Source of the DNA: Octopus bimaculoides
Lineage: Eukaryota
Assembly (NCBI RefSeq): GCF_001194135.2
Contig: NC_068998.1
Location: 18,444,470-18,508,469, forward strand
Direction: 5' to 3'
DNA length: 64,000 nt
This document shows positions 1-12,474 of this stretch, piece after piece. The notes below the pieces were generated by a model. The model saw nothing but the letters and a program-made list of their open reading frames with translations, searched no databases and was not told the origin of the DNA. Position 1 is the first letter of the stretch; the number at the start of each line of letters is the position of its first letter. A program made the translations under genes and the position numbers.

Positions 1-9
1 ATAGTATAA

Positions 10-93
10 TTTGAACTCAGAATATGAAGTCAAACGAAATACCACTAAGCATTTTGCCTGGTGTGCTAACAATTCAGCCAGCTTGCTGCCTTT
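10..93 (-). mobile_element. SINE family B, head fragment
   Basis: Reverse complement of aaggcagcaagctggctgaattgttagc...ctgagttcaaatt (tRNA-like A/B boxes). Confidence 0.7.
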
Positions 94-284
94 GTATAAA
101 AGTAATAATGCAACAATAGTATCAACAAAGATCTGTAAGAAGTAATCTATATGTGGCTCAAATTATTAGGAGATAATACTGAAATATAGCAATCTTCACT
201 CTACAAAAGAAGGTGCAGTTATTGTCATGTATGTGGATATGAGAATCCTGCAGTTTCATACACATACACACTGAAGTACACACA

Positions 285-452
285 TGACCAATTTCTGAGT
301 GGTTGGCGTTAGGAAGGGCATCCAGCTGTAGAAACTCTGCCAAATCAGACTGGAGCCTGGTGTTGCCATCCGGTTTCACCAGTCCTCAGTCAAATCGTCC
401 AACCCATGCTAGCATGGAAAGCAGACGTTAAACGATGATGATGATGATGATG
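285..452 (+). mobile_element. RTE-type 3' tail repeat (family C) ending in (GAT)n
   Basis: gttggcgttaggaagggcatccagctgtagaaactctgcc...aaacgatgatgatg, the same motif as many copies in the window. Confidence 0.75.
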
Positions 453-1409
453 GAATGCATGAATTACAGATTGAAGATATTTGCAATAGAAACAAATCAA
501 ACAAGACATGCTGAGATCAAAAAGAACACTGGTCATTGTGCACTAGGATAATACAGAATCAAGATGTATTCTTCTATATTTTTATGGGTTCAGTCATTTA
601 CTGAGGCACTTCTTTCAAGGAATTTCAGTGAATGTCATCAAAACCAATATTTATTTCAGTTTGGAATACATTTTACCAATATCTAATGTTAAACTGCTAA
701 CAACACCAGTCTGACACAACATCAGTTTGACACAACACCAGTTTTTACACAAACTATGGATAAATATGGACACAGACAAACACACACACACACCCATAGA
801 TATATATATACATACATGTGTATGTGCGTGCATATGTGCTTGTATGCGTGAGAAAATAATAAAAAGAAAATGTATTATTCCCTTTATATTGCAGGTAATT
901 AATTGCAAAGTTCATTATTACAAACAAATCATTTTGAAATACAAAAATATGTATTCAATAACAGATTATTATAATCAAATTGTTTTGAAAATACATTATT
1001 ACATATGATATGTTATTAAATATGATACAATATCTGGGAACATGTAATAATGTATCTTAAAATAATCTGATTGTGTTAATCTGTTTTTGAAATGATTTAA
1101 TTACAATAATGTACTTGGAATTAATTAATTGCAGTATAAAAGTAGTAGAACATTTTCTTCTGTTAATTATTATTTTTTCCCTATCTCCCGACTTGAAACA
1201 GATAATTTTAATATTTTATATGTATATATCATCATCATCATCATCATAATGTCTGATTTTCTATGCTTGCATAGGTCACACAGAGTTTAATTTGATTTTC
1301 TACTGTAGGGTGCCCATACTATCACCAACCCTTGCCTGTTTCTAAGCAAGGTAATATTTCAAAATGGCCAGACATCTTCCCATGGAATACTGGAAATAAA
1401 CAACACTGC

Positions 1410-1452
<43 letters not shown>

Positions 1453-1458
1453 TGTCCA

Positions 1459-1491
<33 letters not shown>

Positions 1492-1789
1492 ATAAATCTA
1501 CATGTATGTGTGTGGCTTCCGAAGGGGACTAATTTGAAGGAGATTAAATGCCAAACTGGTACATGTTGTAGTTTTATTTTTATAGCATCAGTCCTGGTAC
1601 TTACTGATCAGACTTACTGATACTTAAAAACTAGTTCTATAGAAACTGCATCAAAATTCCTGTTTAGTTTTTCACACATTAACTTGTGTAGGTTGAACTA
1701 TGTAAAATGTTAGAGAAAGAAACCTAGCTGTTCCTCGCAATACATACCAATATATACATCTAAAACAAATTTGTTTCAGAGGCCCTTAA

Positions 1790-1890
1790 AATACTGTTGT
1801 GAATCTTCAATTTACTATTTTGTTGCATGGATCTCCAAAATCTTATATGGACCCTCAGAGGCCATATGGACCCCAGTTGAGAAACACTGA
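1790..1890. mobile_element. hAT-like MITE end; related copies at about 10130-10375 and 27307-27510
   Basis: Terminal ggaccccagttgagaaacactg (reverse complement CAGTGTTTCTCAACTGGGGTCC), similar to 27307 cagttgtttttcaactggggg and to 10340-10373. Confidence 0.5.
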
Positions 1891-2275
1891 TGTATAATAA
1901 TATGTGTCTGCATGTATGTGGGTGTGAGCATAATCATATATGTCTACATATATTAGTATATATATTAATCCTTTAGACTCCACCATTGATTTATTGCAAT
2001 TTTTTAGTTAGATATTTGTTAGTAGAAAATGCAGGACTTCATTTTTAGACAGTAGTCAAGCAGCACAATTATTTCTAATATTGCCCATTGACCATAGAAT
2101 GTTCTGCAGCAATTTCAAATGATTTAACTATCCAAGACACTCTGGATAATACAAACACTGTCATATAAAAATGTTCATCTCCATTCCATCAGATTTGCCC
2201 CAGTGGACTGTTTACTAGTAGTGTATATTATCAGGCTATATACTAATCTAGGTTAGAACTTTCATTGCATATATC

Positions 2276-2580
2276 AGGCATGGTTGTGTAGTAAGAAGCT
2301 TGCTTCCCAATCACATACCCACTTTCACAGGTTCCCTCCATAATTAGAGTACAGCCACATCTTTGTGCAGCTGTCTTCATCCATATGCAACACATGACCA
2401 TACCAGCAGTCTTCTCTTTTACACACTACAACTGATGCCTCTTATACCCAATTTTTCTTTTAAATCATTTACACAGTCTCACATGTACACTGACATTACC
2501 CATCCAGAGGAGAATAAAAGATGATTATCTCCATTTCTATAAATGGCCATCACAGCATCCCACATGTTTGAGCAACTGTT
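2276..2580. mobile_element. Family A SINE head fragment joined to a minus-strand RTE LINE ORF C-terminal fragment
   Basis: Minus-strand translation WYGHVLHMDEDSCTK resembles the RTE C-terminal LRWFGHVxRM motif. Confidence 0.55.
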
Positions 2581-2582
2581 AT

Positions 2583-2800
2583 AAAGGTGAGGAGCTAGCA
2601 GAATCGTTAGCACACCAGATAAAATGGTTCGCAGCATTTTGTCAGTCTTTACATTCTGAATTCAAATTCTGCTGAAGTCAACTTTGCCTTTCATCATTTC
2701 AGGATCAATAAATATATACCAGTTGAGCACTGGGGGTGATCTAATTGACTTAGCCCCTCCCTTGAAATTGCTAGCCTTGTGCCAAAATTTTAAACTATGA
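2583..2800 (+). mobile_element. SINE family B copy
   Basis: aaggtgaggagctagcagaatcgttagc...gaattcaaattctgc...gccttgtgccaaaattt. Confidence 0.75.
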
Positions 2801-3925
2801 TTACTATAGTTCTGCACAAAATACTCAACCTAAGACAAAGAAATATGAACAGAAATAGCTTGACAAAAGCAGGAAAAGATTACGTGGAGATTATGCACTA
2901 ACATACCTGATCATTCAATAGACAAGATCTAATTACTCTACAGTCTCATTGCCTCACTCTCAGGAACTTAGAAATCTACTTGATCTCAACAGCCTGCTTG
3001 TAGAATTAGCTGAGGATCTGGGTGGTACTGAGAAAGATGTATAGTGGTGATGGTAATGATGGTGAGAGAGGTGATGGTGGTGGCACCAGCAGCAGTATTT
3101 GTTGTTGTTGTTGTTGCAGCAGCAGGAGTGGTAGTAGCAGCAATAACAACATCACCCTTCTTCAAATTTAATACCAAAATCAAACCACCCAAATTCTAAA
3201 AATAAACATCACAAAGAGATAAAATGAGATTTTTTTTTTTTAATTTGATTGAATATTTGCTGAATTGTTTGTTTGTTGACAGGAGAGCAAAGTTAAAGTT
3301 TCATTCATTATTATTTTCAGTTTAACTTTTTTTCATTTCTTTGATTTTAAAAGTAACAGTTACTTGCCACAACCAGGTTTTGCATTTCTTAGATATGACA
3401 GTCATAAAGACATAGATTCTCACAAGAAAACTTTTTACTTCAGTTTTAGATCTTCTTTCCTTTGTATTTTGCATACAATGATAATATATCGAACCAGATA
3501 TGCAAGTGCAGACAAGGTGGTGCAGTTAAGAAGTTTGTCTTGCAACCATGTGGTTTCAGAATCGGTCTTACTGCATAGCACTTTGAGCAAATGTCTTGAA
3601 TTATAGCTCCAGGCCAACCAATGCCTTGTAAGTGAGTTTGGTAGATGGAAACTAAGTAGAAGTCCATCATATATGTGTGTGGTCAGTTTATGATCCAATA
3701 GCTAAGCAGTTTGGCATAAAAAAAAAAAACTGATAAAAAGGTACCAGACTAAGTAGATTTGATTGACTGAATTTTACCCTGGTTGCAGACCAATTATTAA
3801 AATAAGTAAAAGAACATGAGAGTAAAAGAAAGAAGATGTGTGTGAGTATTAATCAAAGTATACAGCATTACAGATCCATTTCAGCTGATCTTACCAACTG
3901 GTTTCATACTGGATGTTAGATAACC

Positions 3926-4265
3926 TGAGACCTCCTTCAGTCATGACTGACCATGGGATTGCACCTAGAAAGTTACCCTAGAAAGTGGCACAAGTCCAGG
4001 CAAGGTTGTTTATGGAAGACCAGCAGTCGCCCATGCATACCGGTCTCCCCTCTCCACGCCACCAGTGTTATCCAAGAGAAAGGCAAGGCCGATACAACTT
4101 GGCACCTGTGATGTCGCAACTCATTTCTACAGCTGAGTGAACTGGAGCAATGTGAAATAAAGCATCTTGCTCAAGAACACAACACGCAGCCCGGTCGGGG
4201 ATTCGAACTCACAATGTCGCGATTGTAACCTCGACGCTCTAACCACTGAGCCATGCGCCTTCACT
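3926..4265 (-). mobile_element. tRNA-derived SINE family D, full length, with 13-bp TSD
   Basis: Head gtgaaggcgcatggctcagtggttagagcg...gagttcgaatccc. Direct repeat atgttagataacc at 3913-3925 and 4266-4278. Confidence 0.85.
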
Positions 4266-4469
4266 ATGTTAGATAACCAGCTATTAGATAATAGGATGGT
4301 TATCTAACAACACATTCTCTTCAGAGATGACAAGTATGGAAAAAATATTGCAATCATAAACATATTTGGCCCTGTTTTTTACATGGCACTTTAAGTCTTC
4401 AAATGCATGCCTATCCATCCCATTCTTGGTTCTCTCTCTCCAGTTTGAACTATCATATTCCAAGAACAT

Positions 4470-4700
4470 AACTAACCCTGATGCTTTTAAACTGGCCATA
4501 TCCAGCCAAAATACTCTACCCATTTTTATTTTCAAACTGGTCAGATCTAGCCTTTCACACTTACCCTATAGAGTCATTAAAAAAAACCCATCGGTGAAAT
4601 CTCAAAGCTATGAAATAATCCATGATTAATTCAAAATGTATGACTGTATAAACATTACATCTGACAGTGTAATCTGAATGCTAAAAGATTAAACCATATA
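4470..4700. mobile_element. piggyBac-type MITE family 1 (about 230 bp); other copies at about 27041-27270, 38855-39084, 39888-40068, 53290-53465
   Basis: Shared internal sequence ttaaactggccatatccagcc...aaatctcaaagct. The best copies have TTAA-CCCTTTAGCAT ... ATGCT(T)AAAGGG-TTAA ends. Confidence 0.65.
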
Positions 4701-5107
4701 AGGAAAGCAACGAGAGAAATAGACAAGTACTACTAGGAATAAAAAGTGCACTTCACAAGAATGTTAAAAGTAATAATAATCAATTCTATAAATTAACACA
4801 TTGAATAATTTTGTTTCACACATGTCCATTCATGTAAATGAGGATGGATATAGCAAGGATTCTTTCAACCCAGTAGGATAAAAATTCTTTCACTACTGAT
4901 ACAAATAGAATGAGTCAATACTGGTGGTATTTCAAATATAGAAATATGAGGCACCAAATTAAGTCCTTTAAAGTGTTGAGTCCAACCCTCTACCATCTGT
5001 TCCATAGTGAAATAGAATTCAATACAGGTGTCCCAGAATTAATTAACTATCTATTTCAGTGAAATCAAACAGTTTATTTAAAAACTCACTTTTATTTATG
5101 TTTATCA

Positions 5108-5319
5108 TACTCTCTTTTACTTGTTTCAGTCATTTGACTGCAGCCATGCTGGAGCACCGCCTTTTAGTTGAGCAAATCGACCCCAGGACTTATTCTTTGG
5201 AAGCCTAGTACTTATTCTATCGGTCTCTTTTGCCGAACCGCTAAGTTACGGGGACGTAAACACACCAGCATCGGTTGTCAAGTGATGTTGGGGGGACAAA
5301 CACAGACACATAAACATAT

Positions 5320-5364
<45 letters not shown>

Positions 5365-5559
5365 TACGACGGGCTTCTTTCAGTTTCCGTCTACCAAATC
5401 CACTCACAAGGCTTTGGTCGGCCCGAGGCTATAGTAGAAGACACTTGCCCAAGGTGCCACGCAGTGGAACTGAACCCAGAACCATGTGGGTGGTAAGCAA
5501 GCTACTTACCACACAGCCACTCCCGCGCTTCCACTTACCACACAGCCACTCCCGCGCCT
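5108..5559 (-). mobile_element. tRNA-derived SINE family A with internal (TA/CA)n microsatellite
   Basis: Head ggctgtgtggtaag..gcttgctt..ggttcagttccactgcgtggcaccttgggcaagtg and tail gactgaaacaagtaaaagag. Near-identical to 39238-39625 and 54460-54845. Confidence 0.85.
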
Positions 5560-5646
5560 CATGTTTAATATGTCTTAAAAGTATACAAATTTTTAATTCT
5601 GCTAATAATTTTTATAATTTTATTCATAATTTTATTTTCATTCCTG

Positions 5647-5984
5647 TTGGATCCCACTTATCTGTCCATCATAGCTTTTTTTCAGTTTGGCTACAATCAC
5701 TTTCTCTACCTCCATCCTCAGGATGGAGCAAATAGTTTAGCTGAACTTAAAGAACAGTTAACAGTGCAGGAGATAACTCCTGAAATGCTTCAAAATATGT
5801 TTTGCAATGCTAAGGATAGATTTGAAATTTGCATATGTTGAAAATTTTTGATAAAGTTCTGACGTAAGATTTATAAATTTATTTGTTTTGGTATCATAAT
5901 TAAGTAATAAACATAAAATTCTATCAGTTTTTTAAAAATTTGCTCAATTTCATTGAAATAGATAATTATCTCTTGGACACCCCG
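5647..5984 (+). mobile_element. Tc1/mariner 3' remnant
   Basis: Degenerate transposase C-terminus LAELKEQLTVQEITPEMLQNMFCNAKDRFEICI. Terminal tcttggacaccccg followed by TA. Confidence 0.7.
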
Positions 5985-6082
5985 TATAAAACAAAACACA
6001 AAATGTTATAGTTCTGAGGAAGTGATAAAGTATCTTAATACTATCTAAATGTACTGAATCTTCACCACTTCCAGCACACCAC

Positions 6083-6500
6083 TCTTTTATTCTTTTACTC
6101 TTGTTTCAATCATTTGACTGCAGCCATGCTGGAGCACCACCTTAAAGGGTTTTTAGTTGATGAAATTGACCCCAGGACTTTTTTTTTTAAAGCCTAGTAC
6201 TTATTTTACTAACCTATTTTGCCAAACAGGGACATAAACACACCAGTATCGGTTGTTAAGTGATGGTATGGAGGACAAACACACACACACACAAATACAT
6301 ATACACACACATATACAAATACACACACACACACACACATACTATGGACTGCTTTCAGTTTCTGTCTACCAAATCCACTCACAAGGCTTTGGTGGGCCTG
6401 AGGCTATAGTAGAAGACACTTGCCCAAGGTGCCACACAACAGGACTGAACTCTGAACAATGTGGTTGGGAAGCAAGGTCTGTACCACACAGCTATGCCTG
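6083..6500 (-). mobile_element. SINE family A copy (further degenerate copies at about 3500-3770, 8658-8950, 19310-19570, 24975-25160, 29085-29380, 40220-40400, 47745-47930)
   Basis: Shared head, central and tail motifs with 5108-5559. Confidence 0.75.
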
Positions 6501-7056
6501 TGTCGCTACATAAGAAAAAAGAATAAAGATTTGATTTATGAATAAACACAAAGTAAAAATCTTAAGAAAATTTCTTCAGCCTCTGGAAGAATTTGAAACT
6601 GTTTTACAAATAGTTCATAGCCTGGTATTTAGCTGCTAGGTCACTTTACCTCTGGATATTTAAAAACAGACAGAAATTGATTGGAAAGAATAAAAACAGC
6701 CTCATGAATTTGTGCTTTGGTCATTTGCCAAAACTGACCCAGCGATTGACCCAGTGTAGACACTAAACTACTTTGTATTTAGTTGAAAAGAACACTAGCA
6801 AAATAATTAAGAGTAATGTCAGTATTAGTAACATTGTGTAGGAATTACAATAAACACAAAATTGCCAATGATATCAGCAACTGAAAAATACAAGGTTGTA
6901 GATTTTGGCTTGCATGTAAGAAAAAATAGTTTCTTATGTCTTTAATATAATTAACTAAAGTGAAAAAATCTCTACCAACAACTCTAGTTCTTTTACATCT
7001 ATCTCTTTGCTTCTATTAATGTGATGCATTACATATGTTTGGAGCAAGAGTTGTTT

Positions 7057-7250
7057 TTGTTGTTGATGTTTAGCTCTGTGTCAGTTCCAATAAAGAAAAC
7101 CTAATGATCAAAGCCACAACCATCGTCTTATTTTCAGACAATGTATCCAACACTACACCATCCTATGTGACTTTGTTTCTAAAATGGTATGGTGTGGTGT
7201 GAGGGGAATTTGGCTGCTCTTTCTTGTAGGTTGAGCAGCCATGTAGATGC
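7057..7250. mobile_element. Additional dispersed repeat family (copies at about 17540-17700 and 45380-45530)
   Basis: Shared motif ggtgtg(g/a)tttgaggg(g/a)gatttggctgct.tttct..caggttga in either orientation. Confidence 0.5.
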
Positions 7251-7706
7251 CCCATCATTGCTTTGAAGCAAAGCACATATTTTCAAGCTTGGTAAACTAA
7301 GATAAAAACTGTAAGATGTTGCATAGAAACTACATTCAGCAATGAGATAAACCTGAAGTTTAACTCTTACAACTACTAAATGTTGCCACAAGGTAATTTA
7401 CAAACTGACTATCAACAATTTTATGTTACTTACATTTAAAAAAAATATATATGTGTTGTATTTAACATAATTATACATGCCTACATTGTGACACAACATG
7501 GTAAATAAAAACAACATCTTTGATGAGTGAAATAATTTGTATCTTACTTAAAGGCAATAATATAATCGGAGATTAAAAATATTAGACATTAAATTGGATT
7601 AGAGAGTTTTATGTCTCAAACAAACATGAGTTCCAAAGTGCCCACACTATTAGTTGTCTAATATATGTATTCTCATGCTAGTGTAAGATGCACTGGTCTT
7701 GATCAT

Positions 7707-7925
7707 ACCTCCTTTTCTATTCTAGGCACAAGGCCCGAAATTTGGGGGGAGTGGGACAGTCGATTAGATCGCCCCCGGTACACAACTGGTACTTAATTTA
7801 TCAACCCCGAAAGGATAAAAGGCAAAGTCGACCTCAACGGAATTTGAACTCAGAATGTAAAGACAGACAAAACACCGCTAAGCGTTTCGCCCGGCATGCT
7901 AACGTTTCTGCCAGCTCACCACCTT
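7707..7925 (-). mobile_element. SINE family B solo copy with 10-bp TSD
   Basis: Direct repeat tcttgatcat at 7697-7706 and 7926-7935. Confidence 0.8.
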
Positions 7926-8492
7926 TCTTGATCATGTATCAATCATATTAATGAGGTCTAACCTTCTAAATTCCAACCTGCCTCCTCCAAAGTCTTTTTT
8001 AGACTCCTTCTGTCATAAGAACATTCTATTACTCTCTGATAGCACTTTCTCCTCTACTGAACATCCATTACTTGTTAACAGTTGTTTCCCTCATGCATTC
8101 ACTGTTTAGTGTCTTTGATACTTAATCATTTTACCAAGGAGACTTAAAACTATTTCTCTCTCCCCCGCCCCACTATCTCAAAGCTCATGTTGCATATCAG
8201 GTGGACTATACTGAACTTAATTCCTCCTGATCGCAGAAAAATCCTCTATCTTTGTCACTTGTGTTTCTGTGATATTATTGTACACCAAAATTATCATGCA
8301 CTGTATATTCAGACTGGTGATCTCCTCTTAATTGTTATAGTCACAACATTTCAACTGTTGTACCTTCTTCAGGTGCCTATTGCATTCAGTAACATTATTG
8401 AGACAATGGGACAGTGAATATAAGCAGTGACTAAGTGCTGTGCATTAAGTGTAGTAGTTTAGTCAGTGAGCTAAAGATGAGAACAATCAATG

Positions 8493-8528
<36 letters not shown>

Positions 8529-9113
8529 TATATATGAACAATAATGTCTCATCTTAGAAATACAGACAAGGCATCAAAATTCTAACACATATGTTATATA
8601 ATTTGATAAATGTGGAGAACATCCTTAATTATCAATTTATTGTTGATTTTCTTTTATCTTTTACTTATTTCAGTCTTTGGATTGCAGCCTTATTTTATTG
8701 ATTACAAGGACATAAACAAACCAACACTGGTTGTCAAGAAATGGTGGTAGTGGGGACAAACACAAACACAAACACACATATATGTTGGGCTTCCACATAG
8801 TTTCTGTCAACCAGATTCACTAACAAGGCATTGGCCAGACCAGAATTATAGAAGACACTAAGATACTTGTCCTAGGTACCACACATTGGGACTGAACCTG
8901 AAACCATATAGTTGCAAAATGAGCATCTTAATCATACAACTATGCCTGCACTTATAAACAAGTTGCTTTTTTTTGTTGTTGCTGTTTTTTAAATATATTT
9001 TTATCAAAAAAATTTTTTTCTTCTTAGCAGCAAGTTTATTCCTTTCTTCATATTGAGTTAAGTGTTATGTAAAAAGCAATGAATAGTATCATTCGGCAAA
9101 ACACACACACACA

Positions 9114-9152
<39 letters not shown>

Positions 9153-12100
9153 GATTCATGAGGGCTGACTCCAAATATAACAAAACTATCATACGCCAAG
9201 TCTTGACCATTACCTACTCCAGTTGACAGCCACCAGTCGATAATGGCAATTTTGTACAAACTTTTGTTATGCATTCAAATAATATATTCTTAGCAATCCA
9301 ATCATCTTTCTGCACGAACTACCTTACGCTGCTGCCAATATCACTTTCACTCAGTAGGTTTTTCACATATCACATTGCATAATGTAAAATATGGAAGACG
9401 ACTTTCATAAACGGTTGGAAGATTTAATCAGTAATGAAAACTCCAATACTCCCTAATAAAGACTGATATACTTTTACTTGATATTCAGTTGATAAATATT
9501 TAATCAAGATCCACACACATATAAATATTTATTCATGCTTATATAGATTACAAGAATCAGTATAGGCAGATCTCTCACAATACAAATTATATGGGTATTG
9601 GACAATATCATATACCAAAATATGCAAAAGTATAGCAAATGTTCTACTGATTTTGATGAATATCTTTCCAAATGCTGAATACATATGTATATTTATTTGT
9701 TTACTTGTTTGTTTTCATGTCTGTTTCTCCTACCCGCAAGCCAGAATGGATTAGATAAGTATGTTATTGAGGTATTGTTTTATAATTGGAAGCCCTTCTT
9801 GATGCTAATGTGTGCCCGTAAGGAATTGCTTATTCCACATGCCTTCAAAGGCATGAAGCCAGCAAACAATTTACTGAGAGAAGTGCCAACAATAACAGAA
9901 CTTGAATCCTTTAATTTCAGTATAAGCAGGCACAGATGTCAACAAACACACAAACATACACACATGGTGCATGCACCTCCTCCCATATATATATATATAT
10001 ATTTTAATATTTCACTTAGGCATAGTGAGACTAATAACCTGGAGTAGAAGTCAATATACATATAGTCTAGAACACAATGTTATATCAGTATAGAGTGGTA
10101 ATAAAAACAAAGAGATGACACTGAAAAAACCAAATGTTATGTTTTGCCTATGAACCCCTTTGATTCCTATTTTACTTGACAGGAACCCTCATAGCTATTC
10201 AGTATCTTAAAAACTCCTTTTATATTTTCATGATTAAATATTATTTGGAATTGTATAGAATTTTTTTTTAATATTTTGTGTATTGAAGAAATATAACCAG
10301 TTTATTGAACCTAAATTTTAACAAAATCTTATGTCGACCCTCAAAGGACATATGGAGCCCAGTCGAAAACCACTAAAGCCTTATGATTGGGAAACAAACT
10401 TCTTAACTACAGAGCCATGTCTGCACCTCCTAAACTAGACATGCATGCACGCATGCACACATACATACATGCAGAAATACATATATAGAGAATACATATG
10501 CTGAACTATTGAGAAATCTGCAGTAACTCCATCCAGATTACAAGTTCAGGTCTATACCTGTAATTATTGAGGCACTGGGATATGTAACACACTGCCTAAA
10601 TACCAATCCTGAGGAACTAGGCTTTTCAAAACCAGAAAGGAGAAAGCTGATTTGAAGACTACAAATCCAAGCCAGCACTGGAACTGTAAAAAATCTGTAA
10701 AACTTTCCAAAAGTTTATCATTTAAATATATATAAACATGTCGAGACATCAAACTATATGCATGAGAATACAGACATAAAACAAAACATACAAATCTGCA
10801 TATATACATACATATATACAAAAATACCTTGTTGATGTTGAAATTCCATTGAAGGAGCCTTGGATCTAGGTTAGAAACGGCTCTTTCTCTATTGACAAAA
10901 AATCTTGAAATAAGACTGAATGACTGACTGACTGACTGACAGACAGACAGACAAATAGACATACATGATGACCGCTCTAAACAATTTGTCAAATATTATC
11001 TTCAGACAAAGTCATAACAACTTAATTTTTTTTTTGNNNNNNNNNNNNNNNNNNNNNNNNNNNNNNNNNNNNNNNNNNNNNNNNNNNNNNNNNNNNNNNN
11101 NNNNNNNNNNNNNNAACAACTTAATTTTTTTGGGGGGGGGGGGATTTGTTTGACTTTACTCAAGCAAGTCGATTGGAACTTGTCAGAGATTATACATGAT
11201 AAATTCTTGTGTAACATAGTAAAGAATTAAAGTTTAATACTCTGAAAAAAAATGTCATTCTTGAAGTAATTCCTCTCAAATGATATAGAAATGATTTTTC
11301 TACAGTTTTGGTTATTTTAAAAATAACTAGCAAAATAATTCCCATCACAAGTTTTAAATATTTTTAAGCCACAAATTATTAAATAAACTGAATAAATGAT
11401 TTATTTCATTTTTCTAGTATTTTTTTTTTTTCTTTTTCAGGTCATATTTTAAAATTCAGCCCTCAGAAGTTTGCTCGGCAGCTAATAATTCAACAAATAT
11501 CTTACAATCTGACTTCTATTCACTCACAGATCAAGTACCAATATTTTTCCTCAATATTTCCTGTGTTTCTCTAGAAAATTATCAATAATTTTTTTTCCAT
11601 CATAAAATCATAAAAATGGGTTTCAAAGACCAAAAACATTATTGTATTTTACATTTACAGACTTGACAAGAAACACAACACATAATTACGAGAATTGTTA
11701 GCACAAAAATAGCAGGCAATTAAAAATAAATAGATAGAAATAGATTTAGCCTGAAAGCAGCTAACAAGAAAGGGAAATATTATTAAAAAAAAATAAAAAT
11801 AAAAGCTAAACAACAGTGATTATATATAAAGAAATTGAAAAAGACAAAAAGAATTTGTCCTCAAAGGTAACAAAAATATTGAAGTCCACTTAACTCAATA
11901 TGAAAAAAAAAATGATAAATTTACAGCTATGAAAAAATATAAATCAACCTTAAATAATAAAAAATCTAAATAATAAAATCTACAAAATAACAGTTTGCTT
12001 GGAGGAAAAGGAAAAGGGAAAAAAATCATTTTCGGATAAGTCAGGGCAGCTATTGAGATCTTTTAAAAATGAACACATTATATAAAGATCAAAGGCAGAG

Positions 12101-12474
12101 AAATCAATACAGCTCATAAAAGCTAAATAATATATATTTTCTATATAAATTTGTGGAATACATTTTGGAATAATCTATATCAAGTGGCAATCATTTTGAC
12201 AAACAAAAATAAAAAATAAAAATAAAAATAATGCTTTTCTTACATACTTTGTAAGATTAATTAAAAAAAACATACCATGAAAGAATGACTAAAGATGCAA
12301 AAACAATAGAATTCAGTATTCTAATAACACTGAATGTTTCAGATCAAAGACCATGGGTAATTTTGTTTTGGTTCTCACATTGAGAATTTCAACACAAGAA
12401 TTATAAACAAATGTAAACCACAAATTCCGAAGCATTAAACGCAAAAGGATAAAGCTCTTGCCAGTAGCATCATT

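Noticed and set aside
4150-4265. tRNA-like sequence with A and B boxes
   Set aside because: It is the head of a TSD-flanked SINE, continuous with SINE body; not called as a tRNA gene.
5168-5735. Recurrent ORFs such as MSKSTPGLILWKPS.., MPKVPRSGTEPRTMW.. and MKPDGNTRLQS..
   Set aside because: Chance translations of SINE families A and C. The same peptides recur wherever the repeat does.
10520-10580. Minus-strand YRYRPEL, resembling CEP78 LRYRRPDL
   Set aside because: Flanking residues do not match and the frame stops within a few codons.
11015-11135. aacaacttaattttttt repeated on both sides of a gap
   Set aside because: Most likely overlapping contig ends around a homopolymer, i.e. an assembly artefact.
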